Source: Octopus sinensis
Taxonomy: Eukaryota
Assembly (NCBI RefSeq): GCF_006345805.1
Contig: NC_042997.1
Coordinates: forward strand, 131,068,001 to 131,132,000
Reading direction: 5' to 3'
Length of the DNA: 64,000 nucleotides
Shown: one piece after another, positions 35,959 to 49,083 of the stretch
Layout of the letters: each line of letters begins with the position of its first letter
How positions within the stretch are numbered: the first letter of the stretch is position 1
Notes under the pieces: model-generated
Seen by the model: only the letters and a program-made list of their open reading frames with translations
Told to the model about the DNA's origin: nothing
Databases searched by the model: none
Program-made: the position numbers and the translations under genes

Positions 35959-37800
35959 CATCACGACATAACAACCAACTGTAGTCTGCCATTATGTTGT
36001 CATTTCAGAATCCTTGATACGAGATTCTATAGATTTAATATACTGGTGACATTTCTCTACTTGTTTCTCACTATTTGAAACAAGATTTTCACGAAAGTAA
36101 TCTAGATGTGATGTAAGAAACATAATTTAGCTGACAATCGCCAATCGATATTTCTGAAAACCTCAATCAGTTTCTCGGATTCATTTCGAAAAGAAGGCGC
36201 CCTGTAGTTTCCTTAGATGCTAGCACAGATCCATTTGAAGGTATGACAAGCTTTTTGCGGTAAGGTGTTGTAAGTGTTTAATCGCAAGTTTTGTCTTTTT
36301 AATACTCCTCGGATATGAAGTCCTCCAAAAATTCACTCATGAATTTTGGCTGCACTTAATTTTGGAAATATTTCTGAGGGAATTTAAAATCCTTCTATTT
36401 TTTTTTACCTATGGCTTCTACACATATATTGTCCCCTCTATGTTGCCCTTTGTGGGCAGGAATAAAACAATTCTTTATACTAAGCTTAATGTGAAAAGGT
36501 TGTAAAAATATTTTCTTTGGATCGATTAAAGTAACTGATTGAATGTTAATTTCTCAAGGAATGTATGGAAACAAGGTCAGTCATTTTCTTGTTTTATAAT
36601 GTTCTGCGACAGCACTACTATCCCACAGATTTAGAAAAGCAATAGTATTTGGTGGGGGATCTCCTTGCAATGACCATTAATCTAGCAAACACTTAAGTTC
36701 TCCACATAGATTGTATTGTTGATCGTTGTATTGAACTACATTAAAAAAGGTTTCCGTGTCAACATAATAGTCTTTATAATGCACTGAATGAGCGATGAAG
36801 CTAGACAGCTTTATTTTGCCACTGTTTAACAATACTTGGGAGCTGGCAGAATCTTTAGCACATCGAACAAAATACTTAGCGGCATTTCTTCCGGCTCTAT
36901 GTTCTGACTTCAAATTGTGCCGCGGTCGACTTTGCCTTTCATCCCCTTTGGAAGTCGATAAAATAAGTATCTAGTCCTTTCGTATTAGGGTGCATGTAAT
37001 CGGCTTGTCTCTTCCCTCAAAAATTCGGATCTTGTGCCTTTAGTAGAAAGAAATAATATAATAAAACTGCTTCGTAGTAGAGATGAATGTATAAAATTCG
37101 CCATTCATTTGCAACATGTTTTCAAAGAAAATTTGTCACAGCAATAACAGAAAGGACCATCCAATCACCTGCTAACCTCAAATTTCGCTCTCTATAGTAA
37201 CTCACTATTACATTTTTCTGAAATAAGCGTCAATCTTTCGAAGATGAGGCGAGTAGCTCTAGTAATTCTAAATCCCTCACAAGATCGTTCAAGCTTTCTT
37301 GTGTGGAAAGGATTGGACCAATGATCTCCCCTGCTTTGTATGTGGAATCTGGTGAAAGTCTAGGACCAACTGCTGCAACGTCATCAACATCGACTTCATT
37401 TTTAATGAAGTTTAGTCCATCATGGAGAGGAATAGAAACAGACAGTGTTTCATCATGCGATGAAGGTCTTCACGCGCAATCAAAGTTGGGGCAAAATGAT
37501 TTTGTGTCCATTCTTTTAATAAAATCCTTAAATACTATCAATGAAAAATGTCTGTCGATAAGGTGATCTTTTTGCTCTCTCGAAATCACCGGCACTGTGA
37601 AAGGTACTCGGGGTTTCTTTTCCGATTTTTTATCTTTTCAGTCAGTCATATAAACCATATAAATATCTGGAACAAATCTGATGAGGTACCCCTGTCTTGT
37701 CTTGGTCACCAGTGGACAATCAAAATACAGATATATTACCACAGATCTTTACAAGATATGTTGTAATACATCTCCGTTGTGAATATGTTTACAGTTTTAG
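35959..37800 (-). mobile_element. Chapaev-type DNA transposase fossil, interrupted by SINE B at ~36840-37060
   Basis: Ordered minus-strand motifs GDQDK..PHQIC, VPFTVPVISREQKDH, SLNDLVRDL, IAHSVH, LCGELK, LWDS, PFHIKL, FPKLSAAKI, HLDYFRENL, MADYSWLL match my recollection of Chapaev3-type transposases; family name needs confirmation. Confidence 0.7.
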
Positions 37801-38115
37801 GATACGTCATAACCTTAAAAGGAAAGAAAAAAAAAACAATATTATTAAAAAACACAGAAATGAATCAGCCCATTTATTAATGAATTTAGCGATAAAAGTA
37901 TAAAATATCTAAATTTAATCTCAAATTTTAAGGTAGGCAATGAACCAAAAATATAATGCTTATATCTCAAAAGTTATATGTGCCAGGGAAAAATCCAAAA
38001 TAGATTTGATATTAGTTTAAATGCGTCTATAATAATCTTTGGAAAAATTATTTGATCTGCATTATCGTATTTCATTAAAGGAAAAAAAAAGAAAAGAAAA
38101 ATCTGTTAAGAATAT

Positions 38116-38375
38116 GGCGCAGGCACGGTTGTGTAGTTGAGAAGTTAACTTTGCAACCACGTGGTTGCGGGCTCAGTCCCACTGCGTGGCATCTTGGATG
38201 TCTCTGACTATAACCCCGGGATAACTAATGTCTTGTGAGTGAATTTTGCAGATGGAAACTGTGTGGAAGCTCATCGTTTATCGTGTGTGTGTATGTGTGT
38301 GTGTGTGTATGTGTGTGTATGTGTATGTGTGTGTGTGTGCATGTGTGTGTATGTGTGTGTGTATGTGTGTGTGCA

Positions 38376-38409
<34 letters not shown>

Positions 38410-38617
38410 TGTTGTTTGCCACCACCCACCGCTTGAAAATCTGTATTGGTGAGTTTACGTCTCCGTAACTTAGCAGTTCGGCAAAGACACCGATAGATTG
38501 AGTACCAAATTTGATAAAAAAAAAAAATAAAAAATTGCTGAGATAAATTTGTTCGAGTAAATATTTCAAGACAGGGCTCCAGCATAGCCACAGTTTACTG
38601 ACTGAAACAAGTAAAAA
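38116..38617 (+). mobile_element. SINE family A, diverged
   Basis: Head, long (TG)n centre and tail recognisable. Confidence 0.8.
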
Positions 38618-41600
38618 CGTCGGTAGACAGAGGAAAATTTATTATATCAATACAATACTAAATAAATATTTACTTTATTGAACAGGAAAGAAAATGCAAA
38701 TATAATAATAGTTTCTATTGGTGATTTCTAACATTACGTAATACAAAGTCACACACTTTTTTTTTGGTGTGTGTGTGTGTGGGTGGGGTAAATCGATGTT
38801 AGTATTCGACATCCTGGAAGAATGAAAGTAAAATTCATATCAGCGGAACCTGAACTCAGAATTCCGTCGAGATCAAATTAGTCTTTATTTTTCTGTGATC
38901 GCACTCAAACACTGGAGTTTATTTACTTGATTATACTTCTCAAAACTGGAGTCCTGACACTAATCTTATTCCCTGTCAGTTTAACTCACTTGATTGAAAC
39001 AGTGAAGCCACAACAATGAAATATTGTATTTGCTTCACCAACAAATATATTTCGTTCCTTTTAATGTGAGACACAGAAATAACCAATCAACAGACGTGAA
39101 GAAGCAAGCCAGTGAACATACATAAGAAATAAGCTAAAGCAGCAAATATAATAAATAAACCAACACATCAAATTTTAACAATTCTCGCCTGAAGATCGAT
39201 GTGGCATGAAATCCATGTCGTGAAATAAACATTCAGTTTAAATAGGTCTAATGGAGTTGTGCGTTTCTTGACAAAGGATTTCCCCAAATGTGGATAGATC
39301 TACGAAGACGTGTTGAATCGCCACCCCGATCACCAGACCTCACTTCAATGAAAAGTCTCTTGTTGATGTATTTGCTATCAAAAATAAAGTACCTTCAAGA
39401 AAACCATGCACTGCTGATTACATGATTCCATTCGTAAGAGAATCCATGCCAAGAAATCGATGACAATGAAGAATTCTATCTCAAAGCGAGACTAGATTTT
39501 AGGAATGTGTAAAAACTGAATATCAGCGATTTTAGCACTTAAAAGAGTGTACTTAAATGTAATTTAAGAACCTAAACATTTATATTTTATATATTTAATT
39601 GTAACATGTATGCTAGCCTTATTGTTATTTAATAATGCTTTTACAATAATCGTAACTTCGTAATTGTTTTTTTTTGTGGGGTGGGGGCAGTTTTTATCTT
39701 TTACTTGTTTCAGTTGTTGAACTGAAGCCATATGGACGTACTGCCTCGAAGGATTTTAATCGAACAAACCCCACCCAATACTTATTTTGTAATCAGATAC
39801 TTACTCTATCGGTCTTTTTTGTTTACGAGGACGTAAAGAAACCTGCACCGACTGTCAAGCAGTGGAGGGGAACAGACATAGATACAAAGACACACACCTA
39901 CACACAAATAGGAGGTATTTCCATATTTCTCTATTTCATCATTTTCTTATTTTATTTCGTATTTTTATCAATTAACCGCTAAGTACCTTCGGTAGAATCC
40001 ACTCCTTAAATCATGTTAATATGAAGTTACTCATAGCAGTATTTCGTCCGTCTTTATGTTCTAAATTCAAATTCCGCCGGGGTCAACTTTGGTTGTATCT
40101 TTCAGTTTCTGTCTATCAAATTCCTTGAAACATTAGTCGACCCGGGGCTATAGCAAAAGAGGCTCTTCTCTCTTTGGCTGCACCTGGGCAAAATTTAAAG
40201 TTTAGTGAAAATTTTAAAATTTGGTGTATTGAATCTGGTGTATTGTAATCTTCCACGCTGAATCTCGGGAGATAATTCGCTTTTTCAGGAAAATTAAAAA
40301 AAAAAGTTACAGAAGTTTAAAGTCGGATAATTTTTACCCAATCAGAAAACAGGATTTGGAAGCTGTTATTTTGTACGCGACAGCACGCGTTGTCTACTAT
40401 AAACAAAAAGATATTAGCGGAATTCTGCTTTATGCGTGTCATATAACCCCTCATACCTTTAAAAAATTTCTTGGAATTTTCATAAAATTTTTCCTTATTT
40501 GTATTCTACACATGGGAATTTATACGATTATGCAAGAAAAAAAAAGTTTTCGTGCGTGATTTAAAGTCTATTTAGTGGTTATTCTCAGCACGTCCCCATA
40601 CCGCATGTGTTTTAAGCCTTTAATAAACGACAAAAGGAACACTTCGTAAAAAGCTTAGCAACAGCTTGGCTTGTCACTATGAAAGAAGCACCTTTATATC
40701 TGTGGCTTTCGATTGGCTAAAATTACCCCAAATTTGCAAAATTTAAAAGCTATTAACTCTTTATTAATTGATTTATGACGAAAATGAATTGCAGGTCAAT
40801 GATTACTTTACAAAAATACACCAATACACCAAATATGAAATCATTTGGAACAAAAATGGAAGAAATTGAAAATTGGGACCTAAACAGAAAAAATCCATAG
40901 AAGATACTTGTCCGACGCGTCACGCAATAGGACTGAACCCGAAACTTTGTGGGTGGGAAACAAACTTCTTACTACACAACTATACCTACACACCTGTAGG
41001 ATGTTTTTTTTTTTCTGTAATGAAATCTCTGCACCTAATTCTGCATTCCTCTGTAACGCTGACGGCGCTAGTTCAGTGCAAGGCCAGGCATTGGCCGGGA
41101 TCGCAAAATTTAAGCTTTATGTGACCCCCTACGTACTTCATTCATTCTGTGTTCATGATTTTACTTTCGAAGTAGTCACGTTTTCCTTCTATGTATTTCC
41201 GTAGCTAACCTCATAGATTTGTAACTGACGTGTTACAAACTGATCAGTTTGTTAATATGAAAATCAGCAGATCAATACTGAAATAGGATCTACTTTAGAT
41301 TTGCAATGTGTTTCATCTCTCTCTCTCTCTCCATTTTAGACTAGCATCTATCAGGTTTTTCCGTATTTCAGCATTTACTCTTTTACATGTTTCAGTCATC
41401 AGACTGTGGCCATGCTGGAGCATCGCCTTAAAGGGTTTTTTTTAGTTGAAGAAATCGGCTCCAGGACTTATTCTTTGAAAGCCTAGTTCTTATTTTATCA
41501 GTCTCTTTTGCTGAACCGCTAAGATACGGGGGACGTAAACACACCAACACCGGTTGTCAAGCTATTGCGGGAAGCGAACAAATACAAACACCCAGACACA

Positions 41601-41652
41601 CGCCCGGACACACACACACAAAGTATACATACATGTATGTAGGTATTTATGA

Positions 41653-41718
<66 letters not shown>

Positions 41719-42180
41719 ATAGTGAGGGATTATCAATCCGGGCAAAATTCTTCATAAGCTCTCTGTTGGCCTACCAGGACTACAATACTATTTAGATCGA
41801 TGAAGAACTCCAGGTAATCTTGTGGCAGTGTCGAAGGTTATGGTTCATCACAATTCTATATTGTAAATTCGTGGATGAGCTCCATACAAACTGGTTTTTA
41901 CAGAGTGATATATAAGAACCAAGTTAAAAATAATAGTCATTTTTTCTGTATTGGACCAAATCTGGCTAAAAGCCGTTTCCAGTAGTCATTATAGGTACAT
42001 CAATTGTCGATTGATATAACGAGTAGAGCACTGACGGAATGGCTATTGTATGGGAAAGCGGGGAGATGGAAAGATGTAAGTAGAATAGAGAACAAGGGAA
42101 GACAAGTTACAAAGAGGTAGAAAGAAGCAAGGGGATGGAATAAGAGTCACTTAATAGAAGCAGGGGTCACTTAACAGAAG

Positions 42181-42414
42181 AAGGCGGCGAGCTGGCAGAA
42201 ACGTTAGCACGCCGGGCGAAATGCTTAGCAGTATTTCGTCTGCCGTTACGTTCTGAGTTCAAATTCCGCCGAGGTCGACTTTGCCTTTCATCCTTTCGGG
42301 GTCGATTAAATAAGTACCAGTTACGCACTGGGGTCGATGTAATCGACTTAATCCCTTTGTCTATCCTTGTTTGTTCCCTCTATGTTTAGCCCCTTGTGGG
42401 CAGTAAAGAAATAA
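42181..42414 (+). mobile_element. SINE family B, young full-length copy
   Basis: aaggcggcgagctggcagaaacg...gtaaagaaata; agaag on both sides. Confidence 0.92.
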
Positions 42415-42675
42415 GAAGCAGAGGTATTGTGTTGCCAAAATATGGAAGAAGGACAGGCATAAAACATTGGTGTTTGTACTTAGGTCAACACACTTTACCA
42501 TATTAGCATTGTATATAGGTTAGATATTCTCTAACCATTGTGCTTCTTACCACACCTGCATTTCATCATTTTTTTAAATATACCTTCATTTTTATCTATC
42601 AGCCGCCGAGTACCGTTGGTAGGATCCACTCCTTAAAGTGCGTTGATATGAAGTTACTAAACGGCAGTGAGTGGA

Positions 42676-42902
42676 GGGGCGTGGCATCATGATCGTAAGA
42701 TTGTGGTTTCGATTCCTGGACCGTGCGACGCGTTGTGTTCTTGAGCAAAACACTTCATTTCACGTTGCTCCAGTCCACTCGGCTCGCAAAAATGAGTAAC
42801 GCAGCGATGGACTGGCGTCCTATCCAGCTGGGGAACACATACGCCATTGAAACCGGGAAACTGAGCCCAAGGGCATGGCCAGGCTTTAAAAGGGCAAGAA
42901 AA
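42676..42902 (+). mobile_element. SINE family C
   Basis: Core cgcgttgtgttcttgagcaaaacac and gcgatggactggcgtcc segments. Confidence 0.8.
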
Positions 42903-43100
42903 AAAAACGGCAGTGGGCTGGTAGAATCGTTAGCACGCCGGTCAAAATTCTTAGCGGCATTTCGTCCGTCTCTTTTTTCTCAGTTCAAATTCCGCTGACA
43001 TCGGCCTTTCATCCTTTCGAGGTTGATAAAATAAGTTTTAGTTGAGCACTATTAGCCATCACTAATTTATATGATTTATTTTCCGCTATTATTTTAGTGT

Positions 43101-43387
43101 GTAGAGGCACATGGCCTAGTGGTTAGAGCAGCGGTCGAGGGATCGCAGGTTCGAATCTCAGACCGGGCGATGTGTGTGTTTATGAGTGAAAAACCTAAGC
43201 TTCACGCAGTTACGAACAGAAGGTAATGGCGAACTCCTGCTGACTTTTTCGCCACAACTTTCTCTCACTCTTCCTCTTGCAGCTCACCTGCGACGGACCG
43301 GCGTCCCGTCCAGGTGGGGAACCTATACGCCAAGGAAACCGGGAAACCGGCCCTAATGAGCCAGGCATGGCTCAAGAAGGAACAAAC
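43101..43387 (+). mobile_element. SINE family C with 13-bp TSD
   Basis: attattttagtgt at 43088-43100 and 43388-43400. Confidence 0.9.
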
Positions 43388-46300
43388 ATTATTTTAGTGT
43401 ACAAGATGGAAAGCGGGCAGAATCGCGAGAGCGTCGGAAAAATGCATTGCGGCATTCGCTGCAGTTCTTAACGTTCTCAGTTCAAATCCCACTAAGGCCA
43501 CCTTTGCTTCTCATTCTTCCGAGGGCTATAAAACAAAGTGCCTGTCTAGTACTATGGTCGATGCTATCGGCTACTCCTTCTCTCCTCAAAATTGCTGGCC
43601 ATGTGCCTAAATCAGAAACCATTACCTACGTGTGCGCATTTTTCTGCCAAGTATGCTAACTTCTCATTTGTCATAGATATTTCTCTGAAAGGAAACCATA
43701 CCTTGTCTTTTGTCGTCTCGTTAACATGAAGCTTTTCGACTTCTTTTGTTCGCCAGCTGTAAACAAGTGTGGTTACTGTGTCTCTTCTTATTGAAGCTTA
43801 TTCTATTCTATCTTTCGAATTTATATCCTTTCCTCTTTGTTTTTAATATTTTCCTTGATGCAAGGCGGTAAGCTGGCAAAAGAGTTAACACGCTATGCAA
43901 AATATTTAGCGGCATTTCGTCTGTCTTTACGTACTGAGATCAAATTTCGCCAAGTCAACTTTGCCTTTCGTCCTTTCTGGGCCGATAAAATAAATACCAG
44001 TTGAATGCAGGGTCATTGTGATCAGCTTAGCCCCTACCTCGAAATTTCTGGCCTTCTGCCAAAATGTGAAACCAATATTTTTCTTTAATGCATTACTGTA
44101 GGCGTACAAACCATGGGGTTGGATGGTGCAACATTCTTCTCGGGTTCGGACAAAGCTCTATTTTGCAGGTAAATATTCAGTTTAAAAACTTGTGACAAAT
44201 ACTATTTAAACAATTGCTCAAGTCAATTTTGCGGAAACTAAATTTACGACATTCAATACAGTTCAAATTTCGTGTTTCTGCCACCATTTTTTTTTCTGAG
44301 CATTCTTTTTAATAACTTCAAACGATTGAAGAGTCATTTGTGCAACATAAGCTTGACTGAAGTATATGCCTTTGATTTATATTGAACGGCCCAACGCAAA
44401 TGCAGTTATATGCAAAAATATTGCCAAGATTATCAACATGTTCGGCTTTAGGAAGAATAGATCTCTTCTATTCTGAGCTTCCGTTTGTGTAAGTATCAAA
44501 AAAGTCATTTTGCGATCATAAGTTTATGTAATATTTTTCTTGTACAATCTTCCAAATTTCAGGGTAATCGCATTATTAATTAGCTTGCTTAACTTTGCTA
44601 TATGATCTTGTAGTTTTTCGAGTAATTTGAACATTTTTTGTATAAAATAGCTTTTCTGATTCACGGCCTCTCCCTCGAAAATTTTCCCCCGTACATCTAC
44701 TTCTGTTAGTAGCCTTTTTGTTCATATTGTTCTTTTCCCTTGAATTATAATTTTGTCCGTTTGATTGTTGTACAATGAATATCAGTGGTTGTCCTGGCAC
44801 TGGTTCTTGTTATCACCACTCCACAAGTTATCTTCATATTAAAACTATTTATTTTAGGCAGAATTAAAACTTAACGTTTTGAGATGAGAAAATAAAATTA
44901 TCACGTTATAAAAACATTTTTTGTGACAGAGCGTTGTTGCGTTTCTTATTGTGTCAAGTAACTGGAATGGTATAACTTATGTGATTTTGTAAACAAAAAC
45001 AGCCCGTTTACTGTTTATTGCAGTTAACTTAAAATAGATATATTACAATTCAAAAGAAAGAGTTTTGCTGTGTCATGAAAAATGCTGAACATACTGAAAC
45101 TTCAGCATCTACAGAATTTGATGAATTTATGGTTATATTTCAATAGATTTTGATTGAATAGATTTAGCGGAGGCGAATGTGATATGAATGCTTGTACTGT
45201 GATGAACATAGGAGGAGTGAATTGTATTGTGGTCAGAAACCAAAAATTCTTCCACTTGAAAAAAAGGTCTTCATTGTGGAAATTGTTGGTCTAGCAGATT
45301 CATGGTTTCCCTCTTGCTGATTTTAGCAACAAGCAAATTGTTGAACCTCTTAACCACATCTCAGAAAATTTTCACAAACGTCAACACAAATTTTCGGGTT
45401 CAATCCAGAGTTTTATAAATAATATCCATGTATTGTGTATAGCATATAAAAGAAATGTAATATGCAATTTTTGCTATCCAAATTTTTCCAGAAAAATCCA
45501 AAACAGCACATGAATAGGTATTCACTTAGACAGAATTTATTGATTATAAGCATGCTGCAGGACAAAGGAGTGATATGGCTAACAACCGGAGGTCCCAATA
45601 ATCATGTCACGTCTGCTTCTGTGTGGAGGGGCTACAAAAAAACTTGAGAGAAAGAATAGAGGTGTAGCTAGCAGGGATTTGGGAGAGAAGGACGGTCTAC
45701 CTCCGACAACTCTTTCATGGGGGCAGCATATCCGGGCCTGCTGTATAAGCCTGTATAGACTTTGGAAGAACTCAAAGACTTCCCCATGTACCACACTCTT
45801 GCTACGCCACAGAAAAAAGAATACACCAGTGCTGTCCATGATAGATAAAGCTCATGCGAAGCAAGTTTGTGAAAATAGGTACAACCTACACGTTTGGGCC
45901 TCTATTTTACGATCAACAGCATTACAACAGATTTCCCCAAAAGAGCATGAACATGATGAACGAGGGAATGGTAATGTGGGAGAAATTTATGGACTTGATA
46001 TCGACACATGACCCTGTCGATAGGAATCGGTTAAGGGAGTGTCTACGAAATATAAAATATTCACATCATGATATTCAGAACTAATTCTTTTCTATTTTGG
46101 CATTAGTAATCAAAGATGAAATAATCTAAGCAAGTCTAAGTTTTGCTCTTTCACATTCATTCTTGAGGCAACAAAGTATTTCGGCTGCTGAACAGATCTC
46201 GCTTTTCTGAACTACATTTTTGACAATAGATCAGTTTTATACTGTCAACTTAACGTGACGGTCCCATAAAGGGAATCACACCACCGCTATTTAGTCCTAG

Positions 46301-47320
46301 GAAGCATCAACGCTTCCTGTCGGCCTTGACACATTTCATAGATAGACGACGTGCTAAAAATCTGGATCTTGAAGCTATTGTTCTTCGTTTTGTGGCGAAA
46401 TAGCGAACCGGAGAATTGCCATTGCGTAGTTTGTGTTACGATATCTCATAAAAGTTGTCGTCTTTCATGCCTCGTTCTTTTTAAATCAGTGTATCTTAGC
46501 AGTTACATTGGAAAGTGGAAGTACCAAAGAAGCAGGCTTTCACGTTTGGCCGGAATAGTTCCAGCTTGAAGGGTCTGTCCTGATACTGTTCAATTTTGTT
46601 CTGGAGTGTCCCGCTTATGGATCACAAACTTAAGTTCTAAAAGAAAAAAAAAAACATTAAAAAATGTTGAAATCGATAACCCAGCCATGCACAACTCAGA
46701 TACAAACTAACGATCATACTCATATTATAGTTCAGTTTAAGCCTAGCGCTGTGCGTCTTTACAAGAAGCTCAGCGGATACCAGACGTACCTCCGTTATAA
46801 TAGCATTCTCAGGTGGGTATTGTTGTCCAAAGATATTCTGCTTGTCCCTAAATTCCAGGAATGACATATTTCTAGGATTCAACAACAGTTTAAGGTATCT
46901 TACCTTATTTCTTTTAAATAATGAAAAAATACTTAAGCATGCTTTAGCACTTTAACTGCTTGGAGTTCAGAAGCTTATTGTAAGAGAGAAACAGATTCAC
47001 GTTGCACAACAAAATTTGGTTATAAAAGTTCTTCATACAGGTACCTTTACCTATGATGCCGATAGTTTGCAGGTTCCTGGTTTAAATCCAAGAAATTATG
47101 GTAATCTTACTAAAAAGTTACTTTGAATTTGGATAATTATATAAATTCGTAATATTACTTGTTCGAAATAACGCGGCGAACTGGCAGAATCGTTTGCACG
47201 CCGGACAAAACACTTAGCGGCATTTCGTCCGTCTGTACGTTCTGAGTGCAAGTTTCGCCGAGGTCGACTTTGCGACTTTGTCTTTCATCTTTTCGAGGTC
47301 GATAGAATAAGTTCCAGTTG

Positions 47321-47730
47321 GGATCTTTTCGGTTTGAACGGCAGTTTTTAACATAATTTCTAGGTAACTAAAAAATTTTAAACTTCGTATACTGGTAGAA
47401 TGTGTTTATAAAACATCTTTTTCTCTTGGCTTTATTGAGAAAATTCTATAGTTTGTAAGCTATTTGTTGTTTTTTTCTTCAATTTCTGCAATTTCAACCA
47501 ATCAATGACGTCTATTGAGGTAAAAAGCATTCTGTGCCGTATGAATATGTCCCTCATTTAAGAAACATATTGGGTTTATTTATATTTGGGAAGAAAAAAA
47601 GATACCCTTCCCTCCACCCCTAACCCTAAAACAGATTGAAATGCAATAGATCGATACTAGGGTCATAATTATGGGTGACAATTTCAAATGACACCGCTAG
47701 AAAAAACTGCCGTTCAAACCGAAAAGATCC
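47321..47730. mobile_element. GGATC-terminal MITE with 8-bp TSD, inserted in a SINE B (47173-47800)
   Basis: TSD tccagttg at 47313-47320 and 47731-47738; perfect ~29-bp TIRs; (CCCTAA)x2. Confidence 0.94.
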
Positions 47731-48389
47731 TCCAGTTGAGCATAGAGGTTGCTGTGATCGACTTACAGCTTTTTTGGAACTTGCTGGCCTTGTGCCAAAA
47801 CTTGATGTTGATAACCCCGTATGCGAACATATGTGCTGTCCCGCGGTGGAAAGTACTGAAACAGAGCTGCTTCATCACCTGTTAAGACATCAACTCCTGC
47901 TTACGGAGGTGGAGTACAGCAGCATCCCCCAGCACACAAGTGGTTACCCTAGATGCACCTATTATATTTACACTGATCCTGCCGATCTCTGATTAAAGGT
48001 ATTCTCCGTGGCCCTTCTATCATTTTCGGGTTATCTCGGGCTACATTACTCAGCATATAATTAATGACGATAGAGAGTGTGATTTGTGGGAGATTAGCTG
48101 TTATTTCTAGTAGGCCTAACGGCTGCGTAGCTTCCAAGTTGATTCATGTGTATGTATGTGTGTGTTTGTTACGCCATTCGTATTGTTAGCTACACATAAA
48201 GTTACACAAACACATGTACTTACACATGCGCTCACTCATTCACATACACACACACACACAAACTTACAATGATAAAATGTGTCTTGTTTAGACATGTTCT
48301 GTTTTCGTTTTATTTTCGTTTTATTTTTTTCGCTAGTATTTCAGGACACGTATGTTGGAAAATTATTTCACGCAGGCGTTACTTTTCTT

Positions 48390-48870
48390 TCTTTATTTCT
48401 CTTTCTTTCTTCTCACTATATATCCTTTTCTTTCACCTCTTCTTTCAGCCGCTTACTCTCTCTCTTTCTACTCACTATCTCTCTGTTTAGCCCTTTACTC
48501 TCTCTCTCTCTTCACTTCTTTCTAATTTTGTATACCTCCCACCGTCCACGCCGTGTAGCCTATTACTCACTCTCTTTCCACTCCTACATCTTTTCTCTCT
48601 CTTTCGCTCTCCTACTCTATCTCTCCGTTTAATCTTTCCCTCTTTTTCTCTCTCACACCAGTCTTATAACTTTCTCGACCTCACTCTACTCCCCACACAC
48701 TTTCGTAACTCACCCATTCTTCCTCCTTCACACTATCTCCTTCCCCGCCCATTTACTGTATTCTCCCTCTAACCTCATACAGATACTCTCTCTCTCTTTT
48801 TCTCTTTATTACGTCTTACCCATTCTCACCTTTCCTCTCTTCTCTCTCTTCCACCTCTCTCTATCTTATC
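48390..48870 (+). repeat. Pyrimidine-rich low-complexity tract
   Basis: Strong C/T bias on the plus strand over ~480 bp. Confidence 0.8.
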
Positions 48871-49015
48871 AGATGTAAGTTTATTGCTGTCTTTATTAAC
48901 GGTGACGAAACTTTAAAAACTTTCGCTTTCTTTTTGGTTTCCAATTAATTGTTTTCGGTTTTCTGGTCGTCTTTTATTCATTCTGTTATGTTCCTTCTCT
49001 TTTCCTTTCATGTAC

Positions 49016-49083
<68 letters not shown>

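Noticed and set aside
41796-41808. 5.8S rRNA motif ATCGATGAAGAAC
   Set aside because: An isolated 13-mer with no flanking rRNA similarity.
46345-46410. hAT dimerisation-domain-like peptide (NLDLEAIVLRFVAK)
   Set aside because: Too short and isolated to call.
46480-46870. Minus-strand frame that reads through if TGA/TAG were edited to Trp (A-to-I stop rescue)
   Set aside because: Needs several edits and a chosen splice; no homology or dsRNA structure supports it, so likely chance.
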